A stretch of 64,000 bases of DNA, from assembly GCA_963805805.1 (NCBI GenBank), contig CAWDVS010000026.1:187333-251332 (forward strand), read 5' to 3'. The stretch comes from an uncultured Actinomycetota bacterium. GTDB taxonomy: Bacteria; Actinomycetota; Actinomycetes; Streptosporangiales; Streptosporangiaceae. Below are positions 10,091 through 19,369 of the stretch, in pieces; positions within the stretch are counted from its first letter, which is position 1; each line of letters begins with the position of its first letter. The notes below the pieces were generated by a model that was given only the letters and a program-made list of their open reading frames with translations, was not told the DNA's origin and ran no database searches. A program made the translations under genes and the position numbers.

Positions 10091-10824
10091 CCGTAGCTCA
10101 AGCCGGTGGCGGTCGGATGCCGGGCCAGCCAGGCGCCGGCCACCTCGGCCGGAAACTCGATGTGCAGCACCGCGGCGAGATCGGCGCGCGAGCCGAACCT
10201 CAGTTCCGACCGCACCTCGTGCCGGCTGGCGCCGCGCTCGGCCCACCACCGGTCGGTGCGCGCCGCGGTCTGATGCGGCGGCCGGGTCGCTGACGCGGCG
10301 AGCAGCCCGCTGAACTCGCCCCACCGGTAGTCGTTGTCGACCACGATCAGGCGGCCGCCCGGCCGCAGGACGCGGAGCGCCTCGGCCAGGCCCGCATCCG
10401 TGCCCGGCGGGAAGAAGTAAGCGAACCTGGCGTGCACGACATCCGCGCTGGCGTCCGGGAGCGGGAGGTGCTCGGCCGAGCCCGCGATCGTCTCCACCCG
10501 CGCCGTACTGGTCGTCCGCCGCCGGGCGCCGTCCAGCAGCACCTGGTCGGGCTCGACGCCGATAACGCTCGCCGCGTCTGCCGCGTACACCGGGAGCCAG
10601 AAGCCGCTGCCGCAGCCGAGGTCGACTATCGTGCGGCCGGCCCACGGCGCGAGTCCGCGCATCGCCGACAGCACGTGCCCCGCCCGGTGCAGCGCGCGAT
10701 TCTCCAGTTCGTAGACGGCCGGACGGCCGCCGAGATTGGGCGCGAACCGGAAATCGGGAAACGCCGAGCGCGGCCGCCCGGACCGCGCGGCGGTCGCCGA
10801 TCCGGCCGCTGCTGGCATGGTCAC
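10063..10824 (-). CDS. class I SAM-dependent methyltransferase
   Basis: It carries VDLGCGSGFW (motif I) and LRPGGRLIVVD (post-I/II region). Confidence 0.75.
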   Translation of the reverse strand: MTMPAAAGSATAARSGRPRSAFPDFRFAPNLGGRPAVYELENRALHRAGHVLSAMRGLAPWAGRTIVDLGCGSGFWLPVYAADAASVIGVEPDQVLLDGARRRTTSTARVETIAGSAEHLPLPDASADVVHARFAYFFPPGTDAGLAEALRVLRPGGRLIVVDNDYRWGEFSGLLAASATRPPHQTAARTDRWWAERGASRHEVRSELRFGSRADLAAVLHIEFPAEVAGAWLARHPTATGLSYGYVLFAVTG

Positions 10825-10860
10825 GCCGCACTATAGGCCGGCCCGGTCGCGGCGGGCGAA

Positions 10861-11730
10861 TCAGCCGCGCGCGATGTCGTGGTTGATCACCCGGGCGGCG
10901 GCCTGAATGGTGCCGATGCCGTAGCTCTCGGACCGGTTGCCGTCGGTCAGGATGACGATCTGGTAGCTGATGTCACGGCTGCGGTACGCGCCGAGGCTGC
11001 GGAACGCGCCGATGCTGTTGACGTGCCAGCGCCGCGTGAACGGGTCGGGCAGCCAGCCGTTCTTCACCGAGACGGTGACGTCGGCCGGCGCGCCGGCTGG
11101 CACGCCCCAGCGCTGGCTCGGGATGACCTTGGACATCAGCCACAAGACGTAGCCGCGCGAGGTGTCACTGAGCACGCTGCCGTGCGTGGTCAGCAGCGTG
11201 AGCAGCGTCAGTTCGTCCTGCGCCGTGAGCTGGCTGAGCCCCCACGCGGCGTCGTCCAGGACGGTGTGCCTCATGTGCGCGGCGTCCACGAAACGCTGCA
11301 TGCCGGCGTCGCCGACCTCGTCCCAGAGCGCGCTCGCGGCGGCGTTGTCCGACTGGGTGATCATGCGCCAGGCGAGCCCGTGCTGAGCCGCGGACAGGTG
11401 GCTCGGGCCGTGCACCTTGTAGAGCAGCGCGCTGATGATCGTCGGCTTGATCGCGCTAGCCGAGTCGAAGTGCGAGGTCCGGTGCAGCGCGCAGGACAGG
11501 CCCAGGTGCGGGTCCGCGACCGTGAGACCGACCCGCGAGACTCGGCCGGCCAGCGCCCGCTGGATGCCGCGCGACAGCCAGGCCGCGAACCGCGGCCTGC
11601 TGGCTGACCGGCAGATGGGCGCCGCGGCCGCCGCGCGGGCCCCGCCCGGCGCGGCGACGGCCCAGGCCGCGGACAGCGCGAGCGTGGTCACCAGGACGGC
11701 GGCGAACGGCCGGAGCCGGCCCGCCGTCAC
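10861..11730 (-). CDS. secreted serine hydrolase, class A beta-lactamase-related
   Basis: It has a signal peptide, an SxxK motif (SASAIK) and a KNG (KTG-like) triad. The GTG start overlaps the upstream stop (GTGA). Confidence 0.65.
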   Translation of the reverse strand: MTAGRLRPFAAVLVTTLALSAAWAVAAPGGARAAAAAPICRSASRPRFAAWLSRGIQRALAGRVSRVGLTVADPHLGLSCALHRTSHFDSASAIKPTIISALLYKVHGPSHLSAAQHGLAWRMITQSDNAAASALWDEVGDAGMQRFVDAAHMRHTVLDDAAWGLSQLTAQDELTLLTLLTTHGSVLSDTSRGYVLWLMSKVIPSQRWGVPAGAPADVTVSVKNGWLPDPFTRRWHVNSIGAFRSLGAYRSRDISYQIVILTDGNRSESYGIGTIQAAARVINHDIARG

Positions 11731-12542
11731 GCGGGCGCCCCGCCCCGTCCGGCTCCGCCGCGGAATCTGGCGATCCCCTCGAACACGCCAGGGTCGGTCA
11801 GCGTCGCCAGGCCGTGCCGGAACTCGTTCGCCATCGCCGCGCCGAATTCCAGCGACGCGCCCTCCAGCGCCGACGCGCGGTCACCGCGCAGGCAGACCTG
11901 CGGCAAGGCCGCGATCTGCCGGGCGAGCTGCTCGGCCGCCTGCCGGGCCTGGCCGACGGGCACAAGCTGCGTGACCAGTCCCATCTCGTAGGCCTCGCTG
12001 GCCGGGACGCCGCGCCCGGTCAGGATCATGTCCAGGGCCCGGCCCATGCCGACGATCTGCGGCAGCCGGACGGTGCCGCCGTCGATCAACGGCACCCCCC
12101 AGCGGCGGCAGAAGACGCCGAACACCGCGTCTTCTTCCACGACCCGCAGGTCGCACCAGAGCGCGAGTTCCAGGCCGCCGGCCACCGCGTGGCCGGAGAC
12201 GGCCGCGATGACGGGCTTGGACAGCCGCATCCGGGTCGGCCCCATCGGTCCGTTGCCGTCTTCAGTCGTCCGGTTGCCGCGATCCGTGCCCATGGCCTTC
12301 AGGTCGGCGCCGGCGCAGAACGTCCCGCCGGCGCCGAACAGGACCGCGACCGCCGCGTCGCCGTCAGCGTCGAAGTCGGCGAAGGCCTCCGCCAGGGCGG
12401 CAGCGGTCGGCGCGTCGACCGCGTTGCGGACGGCGGGCCGGTTCAGGATGACGGTGGTGACCGGCCCGGCCCGGTCGACCTGGACAGCCTTGTCCTGGGA
12501 GTCCGATCGCTTCAAGCCCGCCGGGGCGGTCTGCGCCGCCAC
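11727..12542 (-). CDS. enoyl-CoA hydratase/isomerase (crotonase) family
   Basis: The sequence VTTVILNRPAVRNAVD...AVLFGAGGTFCAGADLKAM...AAVSGHAVAGGLELALWCD matches the family. The start is placed at the in-frame GTG at 12542. The ORF is open to 12734 through a Gly-rich G-tract region. Confidence 0.7.
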   Translation of the reverse strand: MAAQTAPAGLKRSDSQDKAVQVDRAGPVTTVILNRPAVRNAVDAPTAAALAEAFADFDADGDAAVAVLFGAGGTFCAGADLKAMGTDRGNRTTEDGNGPMGPTRMRLSKPVIAAVSGHAVAGGLELALWCDLRVVEEDAVFGVFCRRWGVPLIDGGTVRLPQIVGMGRALDMILTGRGVPASEAYEMGLVTQLVPVGQARQAAEQLARQIAALPQVCLRGDRASALEGASLEFGAAMANEFRHGLATLTDPGVFEGIARFRGGAGRGGAPA

Positions 12543-12740
12543 CGACCCGTGCTGGCCATCAGCCGTACTACTGGCGGAGACGGTGCCCCCCGGGAACCCC
12601 AGACCCCGATGACCCAGTACCCCGGGGGCGACCCCCCGGTTCCCCCCCGTGGCAGCGTTCCGAGGGCTATCGCCCCCGGAACTGCCGCTCGTGCCTACCC
12701 GGGGGGCCGACCCCCCGGACCCCCCCGTGGCCACGCCCGC
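12543..12740 (-). repeat. G-tract-rich spacer (C-runs on + strand) with a 24/25-nt imperfect direct repeat
   Basis: Nine C-runs of 4-7 nt lie between 12586 and 12726. The unit CGACCCCCCGG(T/A)(T)CCCCCCCGTGGC occurs at 12629-12653 and at 12708-12732. Confidence 0.8.
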
Positions 12741-13811
12741 TTACCCGACTTGCCAGGTGTCGCTGCCCGCCAGCAGGTCCGCCAGATCTCCGTCGCCTTG
12801 CTTTTCCCTGGCCGACTCGATCTGGGCCGTCATCAGGTCGTCGTAACTGGCCCGCTCGACCGCGCGGAAAACGCCGATCGGCGTGTGCGCGAAGTCGATG
12901 CTGTCGAGCCGGGACAGCGCGAATGCGTAGGCCGGGTCGGCCCGGACGTCGTGCGTGAGCAGCGAGTCGTCGTCAGCGCCGTCGGCTTGCACCGCCTCCA
13001 GCGCGCCGTAGCGACCGAACCGCAGGCCCAGGCTGGCGTCGGCGCCGAACCGGATCGGCTGCCCGTCCTCCAGCCTGATCACCCGCTGCTCGCGCTGGCC
13101 CGGCTCGGTCACCGGGAGGAACGCGTCGTCGTTGAAGATCGGGCAGTTCTGGTAGATCTCCACGAACGCCGTGCCCTTGTGGTCGGCGGCCGCCCGCAGC
13201 ACGCTGGTCAGGTGCTTGCGGTCGGAGTCGATCGTCCTGGCCACGAAGCCGGCCTCGGCGCCGAGGGCGAGCGAGATCGGGTTGAACGGCGTGTCCAGCG
13301 AGCCGAACGGGGTGGACTTGGTGACCTTGCCCTGCTCCGAGGTCGGCGAGTACTGACCCTTGGTCAGACCGTAGATCCGGTTGTTGAACAGCAGGATCTT
13401 GATGTTGACGTTGCGGCGCAGCGAGTGGATCAGATGGTTGCCGCCGATTGACAGGGCGTCGCCGTCACCAGTGATCACCCAGACCGACAGGTCGGGACGC
13501 GACGCGGCCAGCCCCGTCGCGATGGCGGGTGCCCGGCCGTGGATCGAGTGCATGCCGTAGCTGTTCACGTAGTACGGCAGCCGGGACGAGCAGCCGATGC
13601 CGGAGACGATGACCAGATTCTCCCGGGGGATCTCCAGCTCGGGCAGGAAGCTCTGGAACGCGGCCAGGATGGCGTAGTCGCCGCAACCCGGGCACCAGCG
13701 GACCTCTTGGTCGGACTTGAAGTCCTTGGTCGACTGCTTCTCGTCCGCCTTCGGGACCAGGGTCAGCGAGCCGAACCGATGCTGCGGTTCCGGGAACTCG
13801 GTCTCAGACAT
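12741..13811 (-). CDS. korB: 2-oxoglutarate:ferredoxin oxidoreductase beta subunit (TPP-binding)
   Basis: It has WCPGCGDYAIL, GIGCSSRLPYY and the GDGDALSIGGNH TPP motif. It overlaps korA by 8 nt. Confidence 0.9.
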   Translation of the reverse strand: MSETEFPEPQHRFGSLTLVPKADEKQSTKDFKSDQEVRWCPGCGDYAILAAFQSFLPELEIPRENLVIVSGIGCSSRLPYYVNSYGMHSIHGRAPAIATGLAASRPDLSVWVITGDGDALSIGGNHLIHSLRRNVNIKILLFNNRIYGLTKGQYSPTSEQGKVTKSTPFGSLDTPFNPISLALGAEAGFVARTIDSDRKHLTSVLRAAADHKGTAFVEIYQNCPIFNDDAFLPVTEPGQREQRVIRLEDGQPIRFGADASLGLRFGRYGALEAVQADGADDDSLLTHDVRADPAYAFALSRLDSIDFAHTPIGVFRAVERASYDDLMTAQIESAREKQGDGDLADLLAGSDTWQVG

Positions 13812-15663
13812 TGGCGATCACATCCTGGATGACGTCGGCCAGTTCGGAGGCGCGGAACGGCAGCCCGCGGACCCGGTTGTACGAGACCACGTCGGCCTGG
13901 TACCGGCCGCGCAGCAGCAGTGCCAGCTGGCCGAGGTTGATCTCCGGTACCAGCACCTTGTCGTAAGCGCTCAGCACGTCCGCGATGTTGGCCGGGAACG
14001 GCGACAGGTGCCGCAGATGTGCCTGCGCGATCGAGCCGCCCGCGAGCCGGACCCGGCGCACGGCGGCGCCGATCGAGCCGTAGGTCGAGCCCCAGCCGAG
14101 CACCAGCACCCTGGCGTTGCCGTCCGGGTCGTCGACGTCGAGCGGGGCGATGTCGGCGGCGATGCCGTCGATCTTCGCCTGGCGCAGCCGCACCATCCGG
14201 TCGTGGTTGTCCGGATCGTAGGAGATGTCGCCGGTGCCGTCGGCCTTCTCGATGCCGCCGATCCGGTGCTCAAGGCCGGGCGTGCCGGGGATCGCCCACG
14301 GCCGGGCCAGCGTCGTCGCGTCCCGCTGGAACGGCTTGAACTCCTCGCCCTCGGTGAGGGACCGCGCACTGGCGAAGCTGAACTCGTCCCGCAGCCGGGC
14401 TAGCTTGTCCACGCTGGGCACCCGCCACGGTTCCGAGCCATTGGCCAGGTAGCCGTCCGAGAGGATGATCACCGGCGTCCGGTACTTGACGGCGATCCGC
14501 ACTGCCTCGATCGCTGTCTCGAAGCAGTCGGCCGGCGTCGAGGGGGCGAGCACCGCGACCGGAGACTCCCCGTTCCGGCCGTAAAGGGCCATGAGCAGGT
14601 CCGCCTGCTCGGTCTTGGTCGGCATGCCGGTGGAGGGGCCGGCCCGCTGGATGTCGCAGATGATCAGCGGCAGTTCGACGGAGACCGCGAGCCCGATCGT
14701 CTCGGCCTTCAGGCACATGCCGGGGCCGGAGGTGCTCGTGACACCGAGGCTGCCGCCGAAGGCCGCGCCCAGCGCGGCGCCGACGCCGCTGATCTCGTCT
14801 TCGGCCTGCATCGTCCGGACACCGAAGCGCTTCAGCTTGGACAGCTCGTGCAGGATGTCCGAGGCCGGGGTGATCGGGTACGAGCCGAGGAAGAGCGGCA
14901 GCCCGGACCGCCGGGACGCGGCGACCAGCCCGTAGGCCAGCGCGCTGTTGCCGGTGATGTTGCGGTAGAGGCCCGGCTCCAGCTTGGCGGGGGCGACCTC
15001 GTACTGGACCGAGAAGGCCTCGGTCGTCTCGCCGTAGTTCCAGCCGGCCTGGAAGGCCGCCTGGTTGGCGGCGAGGATCTCGGGCTTGCTGCCGAACTTG
15101 GTCTTGAGGAACTTCATGGTGCCCTCGACCGGCCGGTTGTACAGCCAGGACAGCAGGCCCAGGGCGAACATGTTCTTCGCCCGCTCGGCGTCCTTGCGGG
15201 TGATGTCGAAGGCCTCGAGCGCCTTCACCGTCACCGACGTGATCGGGATCGCGTGCAGCTGGTAGGCGTCGAGCGAGCCATCCTCCAGCGGGTTCGCCTG
15301 ATAGCCGACCTTGGACAGGTTCCGCTTGGTGAACTCGTCGGTGTTGGCGATGATGTCGGCGCCCCGCGGCACGTCATCCAGGTTGGCCTTGAGCGCGGCC
15401 GGGTTCATGGCCACGAGCACGTCCGGCGCGTCCCCCGGCGTCAGGATGTCGTGGTCGGCGAAGTGCAGCTGGAAGCTGGACACGCCGGGCAGCGTCCCGG
15501 CCGGCGCCCGGATCTCGGCCGGGAAGTTCGGCAGGGTGGACAGGTCGTTGCCGAAGGTCGCAGTCTCCTGGGTGAACCGGTCCCCGGCGAGCTGCATCCC
15601 GTCGCCGGAGTCCCCGGCGAACCTGATAATGACACGATCGAGTTGCTGGACCTGCTTGGTCAC
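13804..15663 (-). CDS. korA: 2-oxoglutarate:ferredoxin oxidoreductase alpha subunit
   Basis: The 619-aa protein has the pyruvate-flavodoxin/ferredoxin oxidoreductase N-terminal and gamma domains (IIRFAGDSGDGMQLAG...; GSYPITPASDILHEL). Confidence 0.9.
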   Translation of the reverse strand: MTKQVQQLDRVIIRFAGDSGDGMQLAGDRFTQETATFGNDLSTLPNFPAEIRAPAGTLPGVSSFQLHFADHDILTPGDAPDVLVAMNPAALKANLDDVPRGADIIANTDEFTKRNLSKVGYQANPLEDGSLDAYQLHAIPITSVTVKALEAFDITRKDAERAKNMFALGLLSWLYNRPVEGTMKFLKTKFGSKPEILAANQAAFQAGWNYGETTEAFSVQYEVAPAKLEPGLYRNITGNSALAYGLVAASRRSGLPLFLGSYPITPASDILHELSKLKRFGVRTMQAEDEISGVGAALGAAFGGSLGVTSTSGPGMCLKAETIGLAVSVELPLIICDIQRAGPSTGMPTKTEQADLLMALYGRNGESPVAVLAPSTPADCFETAIEAVRIAVKYRTPVIILSDGYLANGSEPWRVPSVDKLARLRDEFSFASARSLTEGEEFKPFQRDATTLARPWAIPGTPGLEHRIGGIEKADGTGDISYDPDNHDRMVRLRQAKIDGIAADIAPLDVDDPDGNARVLVLGWGSTYGSIGAAVRRVRLAGGSIAQAHLRHLSPFPANIADVLSAYDKVLVPEINLGQLALLLRGRYQADVVSYNRVRGLPFRASELADVIQDVIANV

Positions 15664-16120
15664 AGTCTCCCGGCCTCCTCCACGCGCCGAGGCCGGGTGT
15701 CAGACGCGGTGACGGCGTGCATGCTTATCGAGGGTTTCCTGACAGCCTTGCCGCCGGCTTCCCTTGCCGACGGCGTCGGTTGTCCCAGCCACCTTCGCGG
15801 TACCGCAGGTCAGGAACAGTCCGTGATGCGGCTAGAAACAAATTCTAGTACAGCTACGTGAATTCGCAGGCTCGCTCTGTATGACGCGGGCCTAGTCGGG
15901 GCGGTTCACCGCATTGGGGCACGGCCCGGCCCGGCGGCCATCGGTCGATTACGCACAGTGTTTGACTGACAGCGCCGTGTCAACCTGAGTGCACCCCCGC
16001 GCGTCTTACTCGCGGAGTCCTGCTATCACCCGCCGTCGGCAGTTCTGGCGGGTAGCTCGGGGGGCAGGGCCGCAGACCGGCAGCCGGACCACCGGGTCCG
16101 GACGAGGAGGCCACACGGTG

Positions 16121-16711
16121 ATGACAGATCCGGGGAACGGACGGGGTGCCCGCCAGCAGATGACCGTTCCCACGCCGTCCTGCATCCGGCCCCGGCGGAT
16201 TCCGGCCGAGCAGGCAGCATGCGGCCCAGCCGCGCCGTCCGCTGTACCGGCGATAAAGCTCGCATCCGGCCGGTCGGCCCGGGCGGCCGCCCGCGAGGAT
16301 CTCCAGTCGGCGCTGGCCGGGGTCGCGCTGGAGGGCCGCGACCGTCAGTTCCTGGCCAGGCTCGTCCAGTGGGACAAGCGGAACGCCGCGAGCGTGCTGT
16401 CACTGCTGCGGCGGGCCCGGCAGGCGGGCCGGGATGAGGTCGCGCTGACCCCGCGGCAGATGGAGACGGTGCTGGCCGCGCTTGGGGACGCGGCCAGATA
16501 CCGCAGCGCGGGGCTGGCGGCGGCCAACTGCTGGGACTGCGAGAACCTTCCGGGCGGCCGGTGCGCCGAGCACGCGAAGGACAACGACCGGGCGCGCGCG
16601 TACGCCGAGCTGGCGGCGACTCTGTCCGGGCCGTCAGCCGGCGCCGCGGACGGGCTGACCAGCCCGAGTGACATCGCCGGCTACCGGCGCCGCCGGCCGG
16701 TGGCGTCCTAG
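16121..16711 (+). CDS. hypothetical protein
   Basis: The ATG at 16121 lies 11 nt after GAGGAGG. The composition is protein-like (LARLVQWDKRNAASVLSLLRRARQAG...CWDCENLPGGRCAEHAKD). I recognise no domain. Confidence 0.5.
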   Translation: MTDPGNGRGARQQMTVPTPSCIRPRRIPAEQAACGPAAPSAVPAIKLASGRSARAAAREDLQSALAGVALEGRDRQFLARLVQWDKRNAASVLSLLRRARQAGRDEVALTPRQMETVLAALGDAARYRSAGLAAANCWDCENLPGGRCAEHAKDNDRARAYAELAATLSGPSAGAADGLTSPSDIAGYRRRRPVAS

Positions 16712-16715
16712 CTGG

Positions 16716-16741
16716 CCGGGCCCGGTGGGGGCCGGGCCCGG
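16716..16741. terminator. GC hairpin between convergent genes
   Basis: CCGGGCCCGG-tggggg-CCGGGCCCGG forms a 10-bp stem. A second, similar unit follows directly. Confidence 0.4.
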
Positions 16742-16790
16742 TGGGCCGGGCAGAGACTAGCGGGGCTCGCTGGCGGGACGAGGGGGCTCG

Positions 16791-17831
16791 CTAGCCAGCC
16801 CCGCTGGCCTCGGCGTTCATGTCCGTCACCAGGTCGATGAGCTGGGCGAGCGTGTCCAGCCGGGCGGTGGCGTCGCCCGTCAGCTTCGCCTGCAGGGTGC
16901 TGATGCCCGCATCCCGGTAGCGGCGCAGCCGCGCGGCGATGACGTCGGCCGGGCCGAGCAGGTTGGTCTGGCTGCCGATCGCGAGCGGGACGCGGTCGGC
17001 GGCCTCGTCCCGGCGGCCGGCCAGCCACAGTTCCTGCACGGCGCGGACGTCGTCGCCGAATCCTTGCCGGGTGAACGCGGCGTTGTAGAAATTCTGGTCC
17101 CGTGACCCCATCGCGCCGATGGTGAACGCGTAGCCGCGGGCGTGCCGCCTGGCTGCCGCCTCGGCGTCGTCGGTGAACTCCACGCTGACGGGGATGACCA
17201 GGTCCAGGTCGCAGACCTGCCGTCCGGCCGCCGCCGCGCCCGCCGCGATCCGGTCCAGGAAGACGGCGCTGTGCTCGGGCATGAACGCGTTCCCGATCCA
17301 GCCGTCGGCCAGCTGGCCGGTGAGCTCCAGGTTGCGCGGCCCGAGCGCCGCGACGTAGATGGGTACCGGCGACGGCGGCAGCATCGAGCGGAGCGCCCGG
17401 CCGGGCCCGCCCGGCAGCGGCAGCTGGTAGACCTCGCCGTCCAGGCTGAGCCGCTGGCCCGCGGTGACAGTGCGGATGACCTCGATCGTCTCCCTGGTCG
17501 CGGCCAGCGGCTTGCTGAACCTGACGCCGTGCCAGCCCTCCATGACCTGCGGTCCGCTGGTGCCGACGCCGAGCCGGAACCGGCCGCCGGACAGCAGTTG
17601 CAGCGACATCGCCGACATCGCGAGCATCGCCGGGGACCGGGCGCCGAGTTGCGCGATGGCCGACCCGAGGGCGATCCGCTCGGTCTGCGGCGCCAGGTAC
17701 GCCAGCGGTGTGAGTGCGTCCTGGCCCCACGCCTCCGCCACCCAGACCGACGTCGCGCCCAGCCGCTCCGCCGCCCGGACGAAGGCGGCGTCTTCCGGCC
17801 CGGTCACGGTCGCGCTGATGCCTACCTGCAT
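16791..17831 (-). CDS. LLM-class (luciferase-like) F420/flavin-dependent oxidoreductase
   Basis: The sequence MQVGISATVTG...LGATSVWVAEAWGQDALTPLAYLA...RFRLGVGTSGPQVMEGWHG matches the family. Confidence 0.8.
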   Translation of the reverse strand: MQVGISATVTGPEDAAFVRAAERLGATSVWVAEAWGQDALTPLAYLAPQTERIALGSAIAQLGARSPAMLAMSAMSLQLLSGGRFRLGVGTSGPQVMEGWHGVRFSKPLAATRETIEVIRTVTAGQRLSLDGEVYQLPLPGGPGRALRSMLPPSPVPIYVAALGPRNLELTGQLADGWIGNAFMPEHSAVFLDRIAAGAAAAGRQVCDLDLVIPVSVEFTDDAEAAARRHARGYAFTIGAMGSRDQNFYNAAFTRQGFGDDVRAVQELWLAGRRDEAADRVPLAIGSQTNLLGPADVIAARLRRYRDAGISTLQAKLTGDATARLDTLAQLIDLVTDMNAEASGAG

Positions 17832-17876
17832 GCGCTTTCCTCCACGTCAGGGCCGCTGCCAGCTACCCTGTCCATT

Positions 17877-18389
17877 GTGGAGGAGCCCGAGCTCAGGTAC
17901 GCGGACTGCCCGGCCACCGAGGCGACGCTGCGGGTGGCCGCGCCGGCGGCGGCGATCTGGCCGTTCGTCTGTGACATCGCGACGCCCGCGCGGTTCAGCA
18001 CGGAGTTCCAGGGCGGGGAGTTGCTCGGCGGTGCATCTGCGACCGCGCTCGGCGTCCAGTTCCGCGGGCACAATCACCACCCGGCCAGGGGCGAGTGGAG
18101 CACGGTGTCGACCGTCTGCGAGTTCGAGCCCGGCCGGGTGTTCGGCTGGGCGGTGGGCGACCCCGAGCTGCCGGCCGCGCAGTGGCGCTTCACGCTGACC
18201 CCCGACGACGACGGCACCGTGATCACCCAGTGGATGCAGATGGGCCCGGGCGAGAGCGGCATCAGCGAGTTGATCAAGCAGATGCCGGACAAGGAGTCCC
18301 GGATCCTGCGGCGGCGGCTGGCCGAGCACCACGCCAACATGGTCGCGACGCTTGCGGGCATCAAAGCCCTCGCCGAAGGCGCGGGCTAG
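17877..18389 (+). CDS. SRPBCC family protein
   Basis: It has a GTG start. The sequence AAPAAAIWPFVCDIATPARFSTEF...WRFTLTPDDDGTVITQWMQMGPG is typical of the family. The upstream part of the 415-aa ORF is antisense to the LLM gene. Confidence 0.65.
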   Translation: MEEPELRYADCPATEATLRVAAPAAAIWPFVCDIATPARFSTEFQGGELLGGASATALGVQFRGHNHHPARGEWSTVSTVCEFEPGRVFGWAVGDPELPAAQWRFTLTPDDDGTVITQWMQMGPGESGISELIKQMPDKESRILRRRLAEHHANMVATLAGIKALAEGAG

Positions 18390-18404
18390 CGCCCAGCCAG
18401 ATAA

Positions 18405-18445
18405 GCCGAAGAGTTAAGGCCCGCTGCGGGCCCAAACTCTTCGGC
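18405..18445. terminator. compound hairpin between convergent genes
   Basis: The arms GCCGAAGAGTT...AACTCTTCGGC enclose an inner stem GGCCCGC-t-GCGGGCC. Confidence 0.5.
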
Positions 18446-18481
18446 CTGATCCGGTCGGTGCCGGTTATCCACCGCGATCGG

Positions 18482-18700
18482 CTACCAGGCGGCGCTCAGC
18501 AGCTGCGCCGACCACGGGATCGGTGTGTACCGGCCGTCGTGCAGCAGCCCGGCGCTGTGGCCGTCGAGGAATCCGATCGCCAGGATCGTGCTGCCGTCGG
18601 GGCTGGACCACATCACCTGGGCCGGGCTGCCAAGGCCGGCCGTCGCGGGCGGAGTCCCGACAACCGCTTGCAGGGCGCCGGTTCGGGCCGAGTAGCGCAA
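18482..18700 (-). pseudogene. C-terminal remnant of an unidentified gene downstream of the sigma factor
   Basis: There is a protein-like tail (...SPDGSTILAIGFLDGHSAGLLHDGRYTPIPWSAQLLSAAW*). No credible N-terminus or start context is present. Confidence 0.35.
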
Positions 18701-18760
18701 CAGCTCCGGTGGCCTGGGCTGAGCGCTGCCCTGATCGCTGCCGCCCTGGGGGTTTGCGCG

Positions 18761-19276
18761 TCAACGATGATCGATCTGCCGTCCGGCGTTATTCATCAGC
18801 CTCGCTATCTCCTCGTCGGACACGTCGAGATAGAAGCGCAGGATCAGCGCCTCGCGCTGACGGCCAGGCAACCGGTCGACCGCCCGGATGACGTCGCCGC
18901 GCTCCTCGTGACCGAGCATCGCCGCCTCGGCCGAGCGCGACGGCAACTCGTACATCACCTTGCGAGCACGCACCGAGCGCCGCCGCAGCGCCGACCGGCA
19001 GCAGTTGATCACCGAAGTACGGACGTACTGGGCCAGCGCGTCGGTGTCCGCGAGCCGGTCGAAGCGCCGGTAGAGGTCGCAGAAGGCGTCCTGTACCACG
19101 TCCTCGGCTGCCTGCCGGTCGCTCAGGATGACGTAGGCCAGGCGGATCAGGCCGACCGCCGTCTGTTCATAAAGCTCGGTGACGGCCGCGGCCGCCGTGT
19201 CACTGCCGGCCGGCTCCGTCGCCGGGTGACCGGGCTGCCAGGCCATCGCCGCTCCGAGGGCTCCAGTTGGCTTCAC
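18761..19276 (-). CDS. ECF-type sigma-70 family factor, apparently truncated in region 4.2
   Basis: Region 2 (DVVQDAFCDLYRRFDR) and region 4.1 (LPGRQREALILRFYLDVSDEEIA) are present. The ORF stops 13 aa later (RLMNNAGRQIDHR*), before the recognition helix. Confidence 0.65.
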   Translation of the reverse strand: MKPTGALGAAMAWQPGHPATEPAGSDTAAAAVTELYEQTAVGLIRLAYVILSDRQAAEDVVQDAFCDLYRRFDRLADTDALAQYVRTSVINCCRSALRRRSVRARKVMYELPSRSAEAAMLGHEERGDVIRAVDRLPGRQREALILRFYLDVSDEEIARLMNNAGRQIDHR

Positions 19277-19369
19277 GCAAGAACACCCGCGCGAGCGGCG
19301 GGGATGCTGCTTCGCCGCACGCTGAGATTCTGCTCCGCGAACTGAGCCAGGCCGGACGGTCCGGGCGGG

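Noticed and set aside
12543-12734. The Gly-rich 64-aa N-terminal extension of the enoyl-CoA hydratase, considered as genuine coding sequence.
   Set aside because: Its composition is dictated by G-runs and a direct repeat. Crotonases of ~270 aa fit the GTG at 12542. The extension cannot be excluded, so it is reported as a finding rather than annotated as CDS.
11814-13451. A 545-aa plus-strand ORF.
   Set aside because: It runs antisense to the enoyl-CoA hydratase and korB genes. It is Arg/Pro/Gly-rich with no motifs, which is the typical shadow ORF of a high-GC genome. The same reasoning rejects 186-1064(-), 14848-15861(+), 21197-22519(+), 22447-23841(+), 24968-26317(+), 26578-27843(+), 35894-37414(+) and similar entries in the ORF track.
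15967-15982. TGACAgcgccgTGTCA, an inverted repeat preceded by TTGACT, upstream of the hypothetical gene and korA, considered as an operator/promoter.
   Set aside because: The half-sites are only 5 bp, and there is no matching -10 element at a suitable distance. This is too weak to call.
17142-17876. The upstream 245 aa of the 415-aa plus-strand ORF.
   Set aside because: It is antisense to the LLM oxidoreductase gene. The SRPBCC domain starts only at the GTG at 17877.
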